A stretch of 64,000 nucleotides of DNA from an uncultured Candidatus Saccharibacteria bacterium (GTDB taxonomy: Bacteria; Patescibacteriota; Dojkabacteria; B142; OLB20), in the NCBI GenBank assembly GCA_964461915.1, contig CAYWVD010000001.1:299168-363167 (forward strand). Reading direction: 5' to 3'. The position numbers and the translations under genes were made by a program. Shown here in pieces: positions 9,520-18,168 of this stretch. Under the pieces are notes generated by a model. That model was not told the origin of the DNA. It ran no database searches and saw nothing but the letters and a program-made list of their open reading frames with translations. Every line of letters begins with the position of its first letter. Position 1 is the stretch's first letter.

Positions 9520-9947
9520 AAGCATATACTTTGATTGAAATGCTTTTAACAATTGCACTTATTGCAATTATTTTTATGGGATCATATGCGATCATTGACA
9601 ATAATTTGATTTATCAAACAGAAATTGAAGAAGCCACGACTACAAGTATTAGAGCTATAAAAACTGCTCAAGCCAATTCAATGATTAAACTAAATTCTTC
9701 AAATTGGGGCATCAAATTTTTTAATGGACGTAGTGTAGTTTACAAAGGAGATAATTATGATTCAAGAGATACATCTTTTGATATCGAATATTTTTTTACT
9801 AATAATATTAATTTTTCTGGTGATACAGATATTAATTTTGAAATTGATACAGGTGAATTATCATCCAATAAAATATTAAACATTTTTAATAGAGGTAATA
9901 AATCTGTCACTTTAAGCATCAATATATATGGCCAAATCGAAGAATAG
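9516..9947 (+). CDS. type IV pilin-like protein
   Basis: 143 aa. N-terminus MKAYTLIEMLLTIALIAIIF resembles a class III (prepilin) signal with Glu at +5. Hydrophobic helix, then a small globular domain. Confidence 0.6.
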   Translation: MKAYTLIEMLLTIALIAIIFMGSYAIIDNNLIYQTEIEEATTTSIRAIKTAQANSMIKLNSSNWGIKFFNGRSVVYKGDNYDSRDTSFDIEYFFTNNINFSGDTDINFEIDTGELSSNKILNIFNRGNKSVTLSINIYGQIEE

Positions 9948-11352
9948 TCATTTAAAAGGATTCTCTTTAGTTGAAGTGCTAATTAGTGTCGCTTTGTTTT
10001 CAATTATTACTTTGGTAATAATCACCTCGATTTCTAATAATATTCAAAACAGCAGCAATGCTGATAGAAAAACAAAAGCAAATTTAATATTAGAGAGCCT
10101 TTATGAAGGTGTCTATTCGCTAAAAAGTTCAAATTTTGTTGGATTGACGGAAGGTACCCGTGGACTTACTATTAATGCAAATAATAAATGGGAACTAACT
10201 GACACTCCGAATACAATTGACGGATATACTAGAACAGTAAAAATAAAAAATATTAATAATTATGAAAAAGAGATCAACTTAAAAGTAAACTGGCAATCGA
10301 TTCAAGGGGCGACTTCAGAAGTATTGAGCACTTTTCGTATAACAAAATGGAATAGATTGTTTTACACTTTTCATGATTGGTCTAAACCTTCAATAACTGC
10401 AACAGTTAATCTTCCCGGTACATATGAGGGTGTTGAGCTTCGCACTCAAGGTGACTACCTTTATGTAGCCAGACATGGAACAACAAATAATTTTTGCATA
10501 ATACAAGTAACAGACCCATTCAATCCAGTTTTAAAAAAATGCATCAATCTGCCTTCAACATTAAACTATGTTGAAGTTTCCGGAAATTATGCAATACTTT
10601 CCAGCACTTCCAATTCTCAGGAATTGTCCATTGTAAATATTATTGATCCTTCAAATCCTTTTGTTGAAAGAATAGTTGATTTACCTGGAGCAGGTGATGC
10701 ATGGGGTTCTAGAGTAGTAGGAAACTATCTATATGTTGTTACTAATTCCACAAATGAGTCCAGAATGTATATTATTGATTTTACGATACCTGCGAACGCA
10801 ATTGATATAAGCAATATTAGTATCCCTAATAAAATTATCGATATCTCGGTTTATGGTAATTATGCTTATTTGACAACAGACAGTAATACTCAAGAAGTTG
10901 TTATTGCAGATATAACTAACAAATTAAACCCCATAAATATTGGTTCCATCAATCTTCCTGGGAACGGTGATGGGTTTGTTATTCATTCAAATATTGAGAA
11001 TAATAGATTGATAGTTTCTGATACTGATGGATATGTAACCATCTTCAATATTTCGAACCCATTAAATCCTATTCTACAAAAGGACTATTTAGTTAATGGT
11101 AGAGTCGGTGCAATGGCGGTAAATTATTCAAGTAATTATGTTTTTCTTGCTACAACCAATGCTAGTAGAGAATTTCAAGTTTTAAAAATAACTGATCCTT
11201 TTAACCCAACTGTTTTTGGTTTTTTAAATCTTCCTTCTGCACAATATGGGTTAGCATATAATTCCGAAAATGATATCCTATACTTAACAGGGGCTGGTCC
11301 TGATAATGAAATTACAATTATTAAACCTTCTGAAACTATTGTAGATGAATAA
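9928..11352 (+). CDS. large pilin-like protein fused to LVIVD-repeat beta-propeller (candidate pilus adhesin)
   Basis: 474 aa. Canonical prepilin signal KGFSLVEVLISVALFSI. The C-terminal 330 aa hold about 7 repeats of roughly 45 aa of the form GNY(a/l)Y(v/l)...(e)L.I.DIS(N)P.NP (LVIVD-like). Confidence 0.65.
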   Translation: MAKSKNSHLKGFSLVEVLISVALFSIITLVIITSISNNIQNSSNADRKTKANLILESLYEGVYSLKSSNFVGLTEGTRGLTINANNKWELTDTPNTIDGYTRTVKIKNINNYEKEINLKVNWQSIQGATSEVLSTFRITKWNRLFYTFHDWSKPSITATVNLPGTYEGVELRTQGDYLYVARHGTTNNFCIIQVTDPFNPVLKKCINLPSTLNYVEVSGNYAILSSTSNSQELSIVNIIDPSNPFVERIVDLPGAGDAWGSRVVGNYLYVVTNSTNESRMYIIDFTIPANAIDISNISIPNKIIDISVYGNYAYLTTDSNTQEVVIADITNKLNPINIGSINLPGNGDGFVIHSNIENNRLIVSDTDGYVTIFNISNPLNPILQKDYLVNGRVGAMAVNYSSNYVFLATTNASREFQVLKITDPFNPTVFGFLNLPSAQYGLAYNSENDILYLTGAGPDNEITIIKPSETIVDE

Positions 11353-11863
11353 ACAAAAAAAATTAAAAGCAAATACTGTAGTAGAAATCATTCTATATAT
11401 CGGGATTGTGTCAATTTTTGTCCTTTCGATCATCTCAGTCATTATTAACCTTACCGATTCAAATAATAAAAGACAAACAATCGATAAAGTAAATCTCGAA
11501 GCACAATCAATTATCCTTTTCTTCCAAAAAGAAATGCGTTTTGCCAATTCAATCGTTACGCCTACCACAAATCAAACTGGTACGGTTTTAAAAATTATTT
11601 CAGATAATAATTTAGAACGAGAAATTTCAATAGTTAATGGGAATATTTACATAAAGGTAGATACTGGCGAACCTGTACAAATTAATTCTTCAAAAGTAAC
11701 TTTTATAGATGCTCAATTTATAAACGCAAGTAATGAGAATACTACTGGCTCAATAGTCTTTAGGTTTAATTTGAAATTTAATACAGCAGAGACTTTACAG
11801 TCTTACAATTATTCTCAAAATTATGAAACCAGTTTTACTATAAAAAAATATATTAATGACTAA
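11345..11863 (+). CDS. minor pilin-like protein
   Basis: 172 aa. N-terminal basic stretch then ANTVVEIILYIGIVSIFVL hydrophobic helix with Glu. Position in the pilin gene block. Confidence 0.4.
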   Translation: MNKQKKLKANTVVEIILYIGIVSIFVLSIISVIINLTDSNNKRQTIDKVNLEAQSIILFFQKEMRFANSIVTPTTNQTGTVLKIISDNNLEREISIVNGNIYIKVDTGEPVQINSSKVTFIDAQFINASNENTTGSIVFRFNLKFNTAETLQSYNYSQNYETSFTIKKYIND

Positions 11864-12254
11864 TAAAAAATTTGATGGGTTTGTTTCCATTATCACTATA
11901 ATAATATTATTGATCGTAGGTTCTGTTATCATTTTAATGAGCTATCAAGTAAATACGGATTCTTATGTAACTAATAACAATATTAATAACTACTTTAAAA
12001 GCAGGGTTGTAGCTCAATCTTGTATGGAAATAGCTCTAAATAAATTAAAAATTAATAACTCATATTTAGGTGATGAAGAAATTCAAATAGGTTCGGATTC
12101 TTGTTCGATTGAACCTATAACTGGTTCTGGAAATACTAATAGACTTGTAAAAGTAATTTCAAACATTGAAGAAACAAATTATTCTATAGAAGCTTTTGTG
12201 CTAGAGATAAATCCAAAGATAATTTTCGACTATTATATAGATGGGGCAGATTAG
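11856..12254 (+). CDS. minor pilin-like protein (no Glu5)
   Basis: 132 aa. DGFVSIITIIILLIVGSVIIL resembles a G/F prepilin cleavage site followed by a hydrophobic helix. Confidence 0.4.
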   Translation: MTNKKFDGFVSIITIIILLIVGSVIILMSYQVNTDSYVTNNNINNYFKSRVVAQSCMEIALNKLKINNSYLGDEEIQIGSDSCSIEPITGSGNTNRLVKVISNIEETNYSIEAFVLEINPKIIFDYYIDGAD

Positions 12255-12268
12255 TGATAAAATCTAGC

Positions 12269-13264
12269 ATGGAAATAAAGGTGCCTGCAAAAATCATTCT
12301 CTTTGGTGAACACAGTGTGGTTTATCCTGGAAATTCTGCTATTTTAACGACTATAAATCTTTTTGCCACCTTTAATTCTTCTGTAAACAATACCGAAAGA
12401 TTTAAAATTGTTTTCCCTCAGTTTCGTGGCGAAGTTGAAATTAAGCTTCCAAATGCAATTACTCACTACAAAAAAGCCCAAGGATTAAGGGATTCCTACT
12501 TACAAACCAATAAAATTGATGAATTAAGCCTATTTGTAAATGATGGTATGAACTTTTTCAAAATTTTAATTGGTCTAATTTCAAATAAATACCCGATTAA
12601 AAAATTTTTAACTATAAAAATTGATTCAGATATTCCGATAGGTTCTGGGCTCGGTTCATCTGCAGTAATTGCCATCGGAATTATTAAATCAGTTCTTATT
12701 CATAATGAAATTCAATTTTCGGATGAAGAATTATTCGATCTTTCCAAAGAAATGGAAGATTTCCAACATGGGAAATCAAGTGGAGCTGACCCAGCTTGTA
12801 TTATCAGTGAAGGCTTAATACTATATGAACACAAAGAGAATGGAGAAAGAAAGTTTTCAAAAATCGAAGTCCCCAATAAAATTCTTGATGGCTTGAACCT
12901 AGTATTTACCGGAAAGCCCAAAGAAACTACAGGCGAAATGGTAAACTTGGTTTCTAACAATAATAATAAATCTGATATTTTTAAAAAGATCCAAGATCTA
13001 ATTAAAGACCTTGTTGATAATGACTTTCATAATTTTTATAATGCAATTAACAAAAATGGGCGATTGTTAGAAGAACTTGGCATTGTTAATTCTAAGACTT
13101 TGAAGTTTCTAGAAGGAATAAGAGAGCAGGGCGGCTATTGTAAAATTTCTGGAGCAGGAGGGGTTAGTGAAGAAGGCTCTGGAATCTCACTGATTTTTAA
13201 TATAAATAAAGATTCCTTACAAAATCAAGTTAAATTAAACAGTTTTAATATCTTCGACTTATGA
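12269..13264 (+). CDS. mvk: mevalonate kinase (GHMP kinase)
   Basis: N-terminus MEIKVPAKIILFGEHSVVY and GHMP motif PIGSGLGSSAV. The ORF track starts at a GTG at 12254, but the ATG at 12269 gives the canonical N-terminus. Confidence 0.8.
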   Translation: MEIKVPAKIILFGEHSVVYPGNSAILTTINLFATFNSSVNNTERFKIVFPQFRGEVEIKLPNAITHYKKAQGLRDSYLQTNKIDELSLFVNDGMNFFKILIGLISNKYPIKKFLTIKIDSDIPIGSGLGSSAVIAIGIIKSVLIHNEIQFSDEELFDLSKEMEDFQHGKSSGADPACIISEGLILYEHKENGERKFSKIEVPNKILDGLNLVFTGKPKETTGEMVNLVSNNNNKSDIFKKIQDLIKDLVDNDFHNFYNAINKNGRLLEELGIVNSKTLKFLEGIREQGGYCKISGAGGVSEEGSGISLIFNINKDSLQNQVKLNSFNIFDL

Positions 13265-14286
13265 AGAAAGTAACAGCAATTGCACCTGCCAATATAGCCT
13301 TTATTAAATATTGGGGTAGAACAGACAATAAATTGTTTTTGCCTCTTAATCCAAGCATATCTATGACTATGGATAAATGTTTAACAAAAACTACAGGATT
13401 TATCGATAGCAATATTAAAGACGACTTGATCGAAATAAAAGAATTTAATTCAAATGAATTTATTAAATTGGATAAAGTTAATAATATTAAAGCCCATGAT
13501 GTTTATAATCAGATTGAAAGGATTCGGAATTTGAGTGATATTAAAGGGAAAGTGCATATTTATACCGAAAATAGTTTCCCATCTGATTCTGGTATAGCAA
13601 GTTCAGCTTCTGGTTTTTGCGCGCTTACTGCTTGTTTATTAAACCTATTTGAAAGACAAGATCTTTTTATTGATAAAAAAGAATTTTCAAAACAAGTTAG
13701 ATTGTGTGGTTCAGGCTCAGCAGTTCGATCAGTTTATGGAGGTTTTGTAGAATTTACTTCAGGAGAAACTCACGAAGAAAGTTACGCTGTTCAACTATAT
13801 GATGAAAATTACTGGGATTTATATGATCTAGTTTGCATAGTCGATCCATCAAAAAAGAAGGTTTCAAGTTCAAAAGGTCATATGGATTCTAATACCAGTC
13901 CTTTTATGAAGGCAAGACAAATAGAATTATCTGATAGGATAAAAGAAGTTAAAAAAGCTTTATCAAAAAAAGATTTACCTTCATTAGGTAAATGCATTGA
14001 AGAAGAAGCTATTTCAATGCATGCAGTTATGATGACTCAAAAACCTCCATTGTTTTACTTTGAACCCGGAACAATTTCCATAATTAAACAATTAATTGAC
14101 CTTAGAAAAGAAAAATATATTTTAGGATACTTTACTATTGACGCAGGAGCTAATGTGCATGTTATAACTGATAGAGCAAATCTCACCAATCTTCAAATGG
14201 AATTAGAAAAGAATCCATTCATAAAATCAATTATCGTTAATAAACCTTTTAAAGGTGCATTTTTATCTGAAGACCATTTAATATGA
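13261..14286 (+). CDS. mvaD: diphosphomevalonate (or phosphomevalonate) decarboxylase
   Basis: 341 aa. N-terminus VTAIAPANIAFIKYWGRTDNKLFLPLNPSIS and a GHMP-fold Ser-rich loop SGIASSASG. ATGA overlap with mvk. Confidence 0.85.
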   Translation: MKKVTAIAPANIAFIKYWGRTDNKLFLPLNPSISMTMDKCLTKTTGFIDSNIKDDLIEIKEFNSNEFIKLDKVNNIKAHDVYNQIERIRNLSDIKGKVHIYTENSFPSDSGIASSASGFCALTACLLNLFERQDLFIDKKEFSKQVRLCGSGSAVRSVYGGFVEFTSGETHEESYAVQLYDENYWDLYDLVCIVDPSKKKVSSSKGHMDSNTSPFMKARQIELSDRIKEVKKALSKKDLPSLGKCIEEEAISMHAVMMTQKPPLFYFEPGTISIIKQLIDLRKEKYILGYFTIDAGANVHVITDRANLTNLQMELEKNPFIKSIIVNKPFKGAFLSEDHLI

Positions 14287-14906
14287 AATTTTTTATAACC
14301 GGAACATCTGGAGTTGGAAAAACCTTTCTTGAGGAATGTTTGGCTCAGAAACTTTCTTTCTTCCAATTACCAAAAACTACAGATAGAAAAAGAAGATATA
14401 GCGAAAAGGATTCTCAAGGTATAAAATTTAAAACCACAAAAGAAATTTTAGATAATATAGATAGATATTTCTTCCGACTCGAATATCTAGGCCAAATTTA
14501 TGTTTGGGAAAAAGAAGATCTACAAAAACATGAAAATTGTGTTATGGCAGTAACTCTTGAGAGTATGGAAAGTTTGTTAAAGTTAAACTTAGGGTTTATT
14601 CCAATTTTATTATATATCGACCCAAACAATCTAAAACTACTTGAGGATAGGATGAAAACACGATATAGATATTCCGAATTAAAAGGTCAAGACTTAAAAG
14701 ATGCTAATAAAATGCTGAAAGATAGGATGGCTCTTGCAAAAATTGAATCTCTACAAATCAAAAAATACATTGATATAATTTCAAAATATTCAACTCTAGG
14801 AAGAGCTTTCGAAATCAAAGATGATGCAACACTTTTTGATGAAGTTATTCCCTATATTGAAAACCTTATAAATTTACAATCTTCTCCCAAGGCAAATCTT
14901 CCTTAG
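14283..14906 (+). CDS. guanylate-kinase-fold P-loop kinase of uncertain specificity
   Basis: 207 aa. Walker A GTSGVGKT. KTTDRKRRYSEKDSQGIKF resembles the GK TTRxPRxGExxGxxYxF region. ATGA overlap with the decarboxylase gene. Confidence 0.5.
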   Translation: MKFFITGTSGVGKTFLEECLAQKLSFFQLPKTTDRKRRYSEKDSQGIKFKTTKEILDNIDRYFFRLEYLGQIYVWEKEDLQKHENCVMAVTLESMESLLKLNLGFIPILLYIDPNNLKLLEDRMKTRYRYSELKGQDLKDANKMLKDRMALAKIESLQIKKYIDIISKYSTLGRAFEIKDDATLFDEVIPYIENLINLQSSPKANLP

Positions 14907-15930
14907 TAAAATGACCGTAAGCAGCAGTCCTTTGATAGATTGGATTTCTTAGTTGTAATCTTTCGATTATTGCTAGAGGTCGAAAATCAAATTTATTCAA
15001 TACTTCCTCAGCAATTTTATTACCATCTCCATCAATTGCAGTTACCATTAAAGGGTCGGCCCTTCCAATAGCATAGGCAACAGAAACCAAACATTCTTTG
15101 GCATAGCCATTTGCAACTAGATTTTTAGCTACGAATCTGCACATATATGCAGCTGAACGATCAACTTTAGTTGGATCTTTTCCAGAAAAACATCCGCCAC
15201 CATGAGGGAACTGTCCGCCATAAGTATCTACCATGATTTTTCGACCTGTAAGGCCCGTATCAGCTTCGAATCCACCCTGAACGAACAATCCTGTGGGATT
15301 AATTAGAATATTGATTCCATCATGATTTATCCCTTCTTTTTTAAGAACTGGATAAATTAATTTTTCTTTTAATTCTTGTTCTATAGTTTTTAGATCAACT
15401 TCTTTTTTATGTTGAGTACTAATTAATATTGTTATGACTTTACCTTTATTTATTGTAACCTGGGCTTTGCCATCAGGCATTAACCAAGCGATTTTACCAG
15501 AAGTTCTAAGTGTTTCTAACCCTTTAGTTAATTTATTAACTAAGCCATAACCAAAGGGCAAATAATCTTTGGTCTTGTTTGTTGCATATCCATACATAAT
15601 GCCCTGATCACCAGCTCCGCCAATATCTACCCCGATTGAAATATCAGGAGATTGTTTTACTATTCTTGTAATTATCTCGAGTTTGTCTTTATAACCAATT
15701 TCTGCATAAACTTTTTGTGCGATTGCTTTGTAATCGATTTCAGCAGTAGTGGTTAATTCACCTCCAATAACTAATAAATTATGACCTCCAAATGTTTCGA
15801 TAGCTACTCGTGAATAAGGATCTTGTTCTAAACAAGCATCAAGTATTGCATCAGAAATTTGATCACAGACCTTATCAGGGTGACCATTTGTAACACTCTC
15901 AATTGAGTACATATCTAAGGATATATTCAT
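14866..15930 (-). CDS. metK: S-adenosylmethionine synthetase
   Basis: 354 aa. ESVTNGHPDKVCDQISDAILDA and GGGCFSGKDPTKVDRSAAY motifs. A SAM-I riboswitch lies directly upstream. Confidence 0.9.
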   Translation of the reverse strand: MNISLDMYSIESVTNGHPDKVCDQISDAILDACLEQDPYSRVAIETFGGHNLLVIGGELTTTAEIDYKAIAQKVYAEIGYKDKLEIITRIVKQSPDISIGVDIGGAGDQGIMYGYATNKTKDYLPFGYGLVNKLTKGLETLRTSGKIAWLMPDGKAQVTINKGKVITILISTQHKKEVDLKTIEQELKEKLIYPVLKKEGINHDGINILINPTGLFVQGGFEADTGLTGRKIMVDTYGGQFPHGGGCFSGKDPTKVDRSAAYMCRFVAKNLVANGYAKECLVSVAYAIGRADPLMVTAIDGDGNKIAEEVLNKFDFRPLAIIERLQLRNPIYQRTAAYGHFTKEDLPWEKIVNL

Positions 15931-15939
15931 TATATATGC

Positions 15940-16097
15940 CTAAAATATAAAATATTAAATTGTGAAGATAATGGATTTTTTGTTATCTTCTCCTAAATTA
16001 CTTTAGGACTAGAATTGGCACCAGATGCTCTTTGTAGAAATTAGCTGGTTGCCGACAGATCATTGGGCTAGATCCCTAACTGTCTCTTGATAATTAA
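15940..16097 (-). promoter_or_regulatory. SAM-I (S-box) riboswitch in the metK leader
   Basis: Minus-strand sequence UUAUCAAGAGACAGUUAGGGAUCUAGCCCAAUGAUCUGUCGGCAACC...GGUGCCAAUUCUAGUCC...GAAGAUAA matches the SAM-I consensus (P1 UUAUC/GAUAA, GAGGGA, GCCC.AUGA, GCAACC, GGUGC.AAUUC). A hairpin GAAGAUAA...UUAUCUUC plus a U-rich tract follows. Confidence 0.8.
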
Positions 16098-16112
16098 TGT
16101 TTTCATTTTAAA

Positions 16113-18167
16113 CTACTTTTCTGTAGTTTTCAAATACTTGACGAAAGATTTAACAAAGAGAATGTATTCAGCATGTGACCAGGTCAGAGGCTTAATTCCG
16201 TAACAGAATCCGGTTAATGGGTCAATTTGTTCAGAAATTAACCCTGTTGAATCAAAATGAGACATCACAAATAGTAAAATCTTTTTTGCAAATTCAAAAT
16301 CGCCTTGCTTTAAAGCCAAACGGCCTCTCCACATAGTTGATAAAAACCAAGGATTACCGGGTAAGTCATCAGATAGCTTTAAATAATGATCATTTTCTTT
16401 TCGAGCGACACCACCTATATGATTTTGAATAAACAATCTTGAATCGTATTCTGCTATAGTTTTTCCGAAGTCGAATTCATTATCAACATCCATACAAGCA
16501 ATTAAAAACAGATTGGAATCAGCTGTGTTATCCTTAATTATGGAAACAGAATCGCGACAATATCTAATCCCTTTAATAAATTTTCCATCTTCAATTAAAT
16601 ATGTGGAAATATCAGATTTTAATCGAGGTAAGTACTCTTGAACCTCTTTTTCAAGTTTGTTTTCCCCCAATTCGCTTAATAGTTTTAATGAATTTTTTAG
16701 AGCGAAATATGATAGTAGGGCATTATATGAAAATATCCCATAGTATTGTTCCCAAATATCGTAGCTTGGTAAGGGTAAAGCGGTTTTATTATACTTTTTA
16801 AAATTTACGACAGGCTTACCATTAAATCCACTGGAATATTCCGTAATATTACTTGAAAGTTTAGTCGTTAAAAAAGTGAACTTTAAAGTAAATTTCACTA
16901 TTTTTTTTAAATATGGAGCATACCGATTAAGAATTTCCTTTGAGTTATTTATCGTTAAATACTTTACCAGTTCAAATAACCATATAGATGTAGCATCTTG
17001 TTGAATAGGAACAATCTCCTCTCCGGATTCCGATATATAGCTATGCCATGTACTGCCTTGAGATTCGGTACCTTTTTTAGCAGAAGGTAAATATTTATGA
17101 AAGAAATATCCTTTATCATTCAATAAATCTAGCGAAGCATTTAAAACCTTTATAAATAACTTCATATCCTTAATAGTCACTAAAGCTTCAGCGACAAACG
17201 CACCGTCTCTTGGCCAAAAATATGAATAATGATCTTTTCCGTCTGTCTTCAAAAATTGACCATCATTTCCAGCAGTAACTATTCCGTTGCTATTTGTTTG
17301 TGAGTGAAGAATAAGAATTGATCTTTGATAATCCTTAACGATTTGAGCGAGATCTTCATTTGAAAATCTTTTTGCAAGTAGTGCAACATTTTTAATATTA
17401 ACGAAATCATCTAAGAATTGGCTTGAAGCAATTTCCTGTTTTTGAATCAAATAATTGGGGTTTGTTTTCCTCGCCTTTTTTACTAATTTTATTAAATCAT
17501 CCTTGTTTTTAGCAAAACAATAAAAGAGTAAATGTTTTCCAGTTGTTTTTGCTCCTAAATCAGAAAAAAAGGAAATACAAGACGAAACATCTCCAGTACT
17601 CACAGGATTAAAATTAAGCTCTCCTTTAGAATCGGGAATAGCACCCTTCCCATTATTATCTGACTTTGCAGCACAAGACATTTGATAGAATTTTGAATTT
17701 GAACCTATAGCAATATGCCTTTTCTTTTTATAATGCCATAAAAAGCCTTCTGGTTGATACCAAATAACCGTGTCTCCGATTGAATTCTCCAGTAATGAAA
17801 AATTGTTTTGAAAAATGACTTTTATTTCGAGGGGCTTTTCACTTAAATTTGTTAGAACTATATGTCTAAAAAAAATGGTTTCTTTTTCGAATATCACATT
17901 CCTAATCTTACATGAAAATCTCCCCGCCCTTTCTGTGTAAGTAACTTCCCCAATTAATGAATCGGCTAGATACTCAATTTCAATTGAAAAATTTTCTTCG
18001 TTTATCTCAACAAGGGCATCATCTATATAAAAGAATAGGGGGTTAGTATTAGATGAGAGCTGATTCTCCTCGCCTACATTGGGATAATATAAATCTTTAA
18101 CTACACCCTTGTAATCGATGTTCACTAATAGCTTTTTGTTTGATAGTACTAGGGCAGTTGAATACAT
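16113..18167 (-). CDS. glycoside hydrolase family 15-like (glucoamylase / glucodextranase-related)
   Basis: 684 aa. YSYFWPRDGAFVAEAL and downstream (alpha/alpha)6-barrel-like segments typical of GH15. Confidence 0.6.
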   Translation of the reverse strand: MYSTALVLSNKKLLVNIDYKGVVKDLYYPNVGEENQLSSNTNPLFFYIDDALVEINEENFSIEIEYLADSLIGEVTYTERAGRFSCKIRNVIFEKETIFFRHIVLTNLSEKPLEIKVIFQNNFSLLENSIGDTVIWYQPEGFLWHYKKKRHIAIGSNSKFYQMSCAAKSDNNGKGAIPDSKGELNFNPVSTGDVSSCISFFSDLGAKTTGKHLLFYCFAKNKDDLIKLVKKARKTNPNYLIQKQEIASSQFLDDFVNIKNVALLAKRFSNEDLAQIVKDYQRSILILHSQTNSNGIVTAGNDGQFLKTDGKDHYSYFWPRDGAFVAEALVTIKDMKLFIKVLNASLDLLNDKGYFFHKYLPSAKKGTESQGSTWHSYISESGEEIVPIQQDATSIWLFELVKYLTINNSKEILNRYAPYLKKIVKFTLKFTFLTTKLSSNITEYSSGFNGKPVVNFKKYNKTALPLPSYDIWEQYYGIFSYNALLSYFALKNSLKLLSELGENKLEKEVQEYLPRLKSDISTYLIEDGKFIKGIRYCRDSVSIIKDNTADSNLFLIACMDVDNEFDFGKTIAEYDSRLFIQNHIGGVARKENDHYLKLSDDLPGNPWFLSTMWRGRLALKQGDFEFAKKILLFVMSHFDSTGLISEQIDPLTGFCYGIKPLTWSHAEYILFVKSFVKYLKTTEK

Positions 18168-18168
18168 T

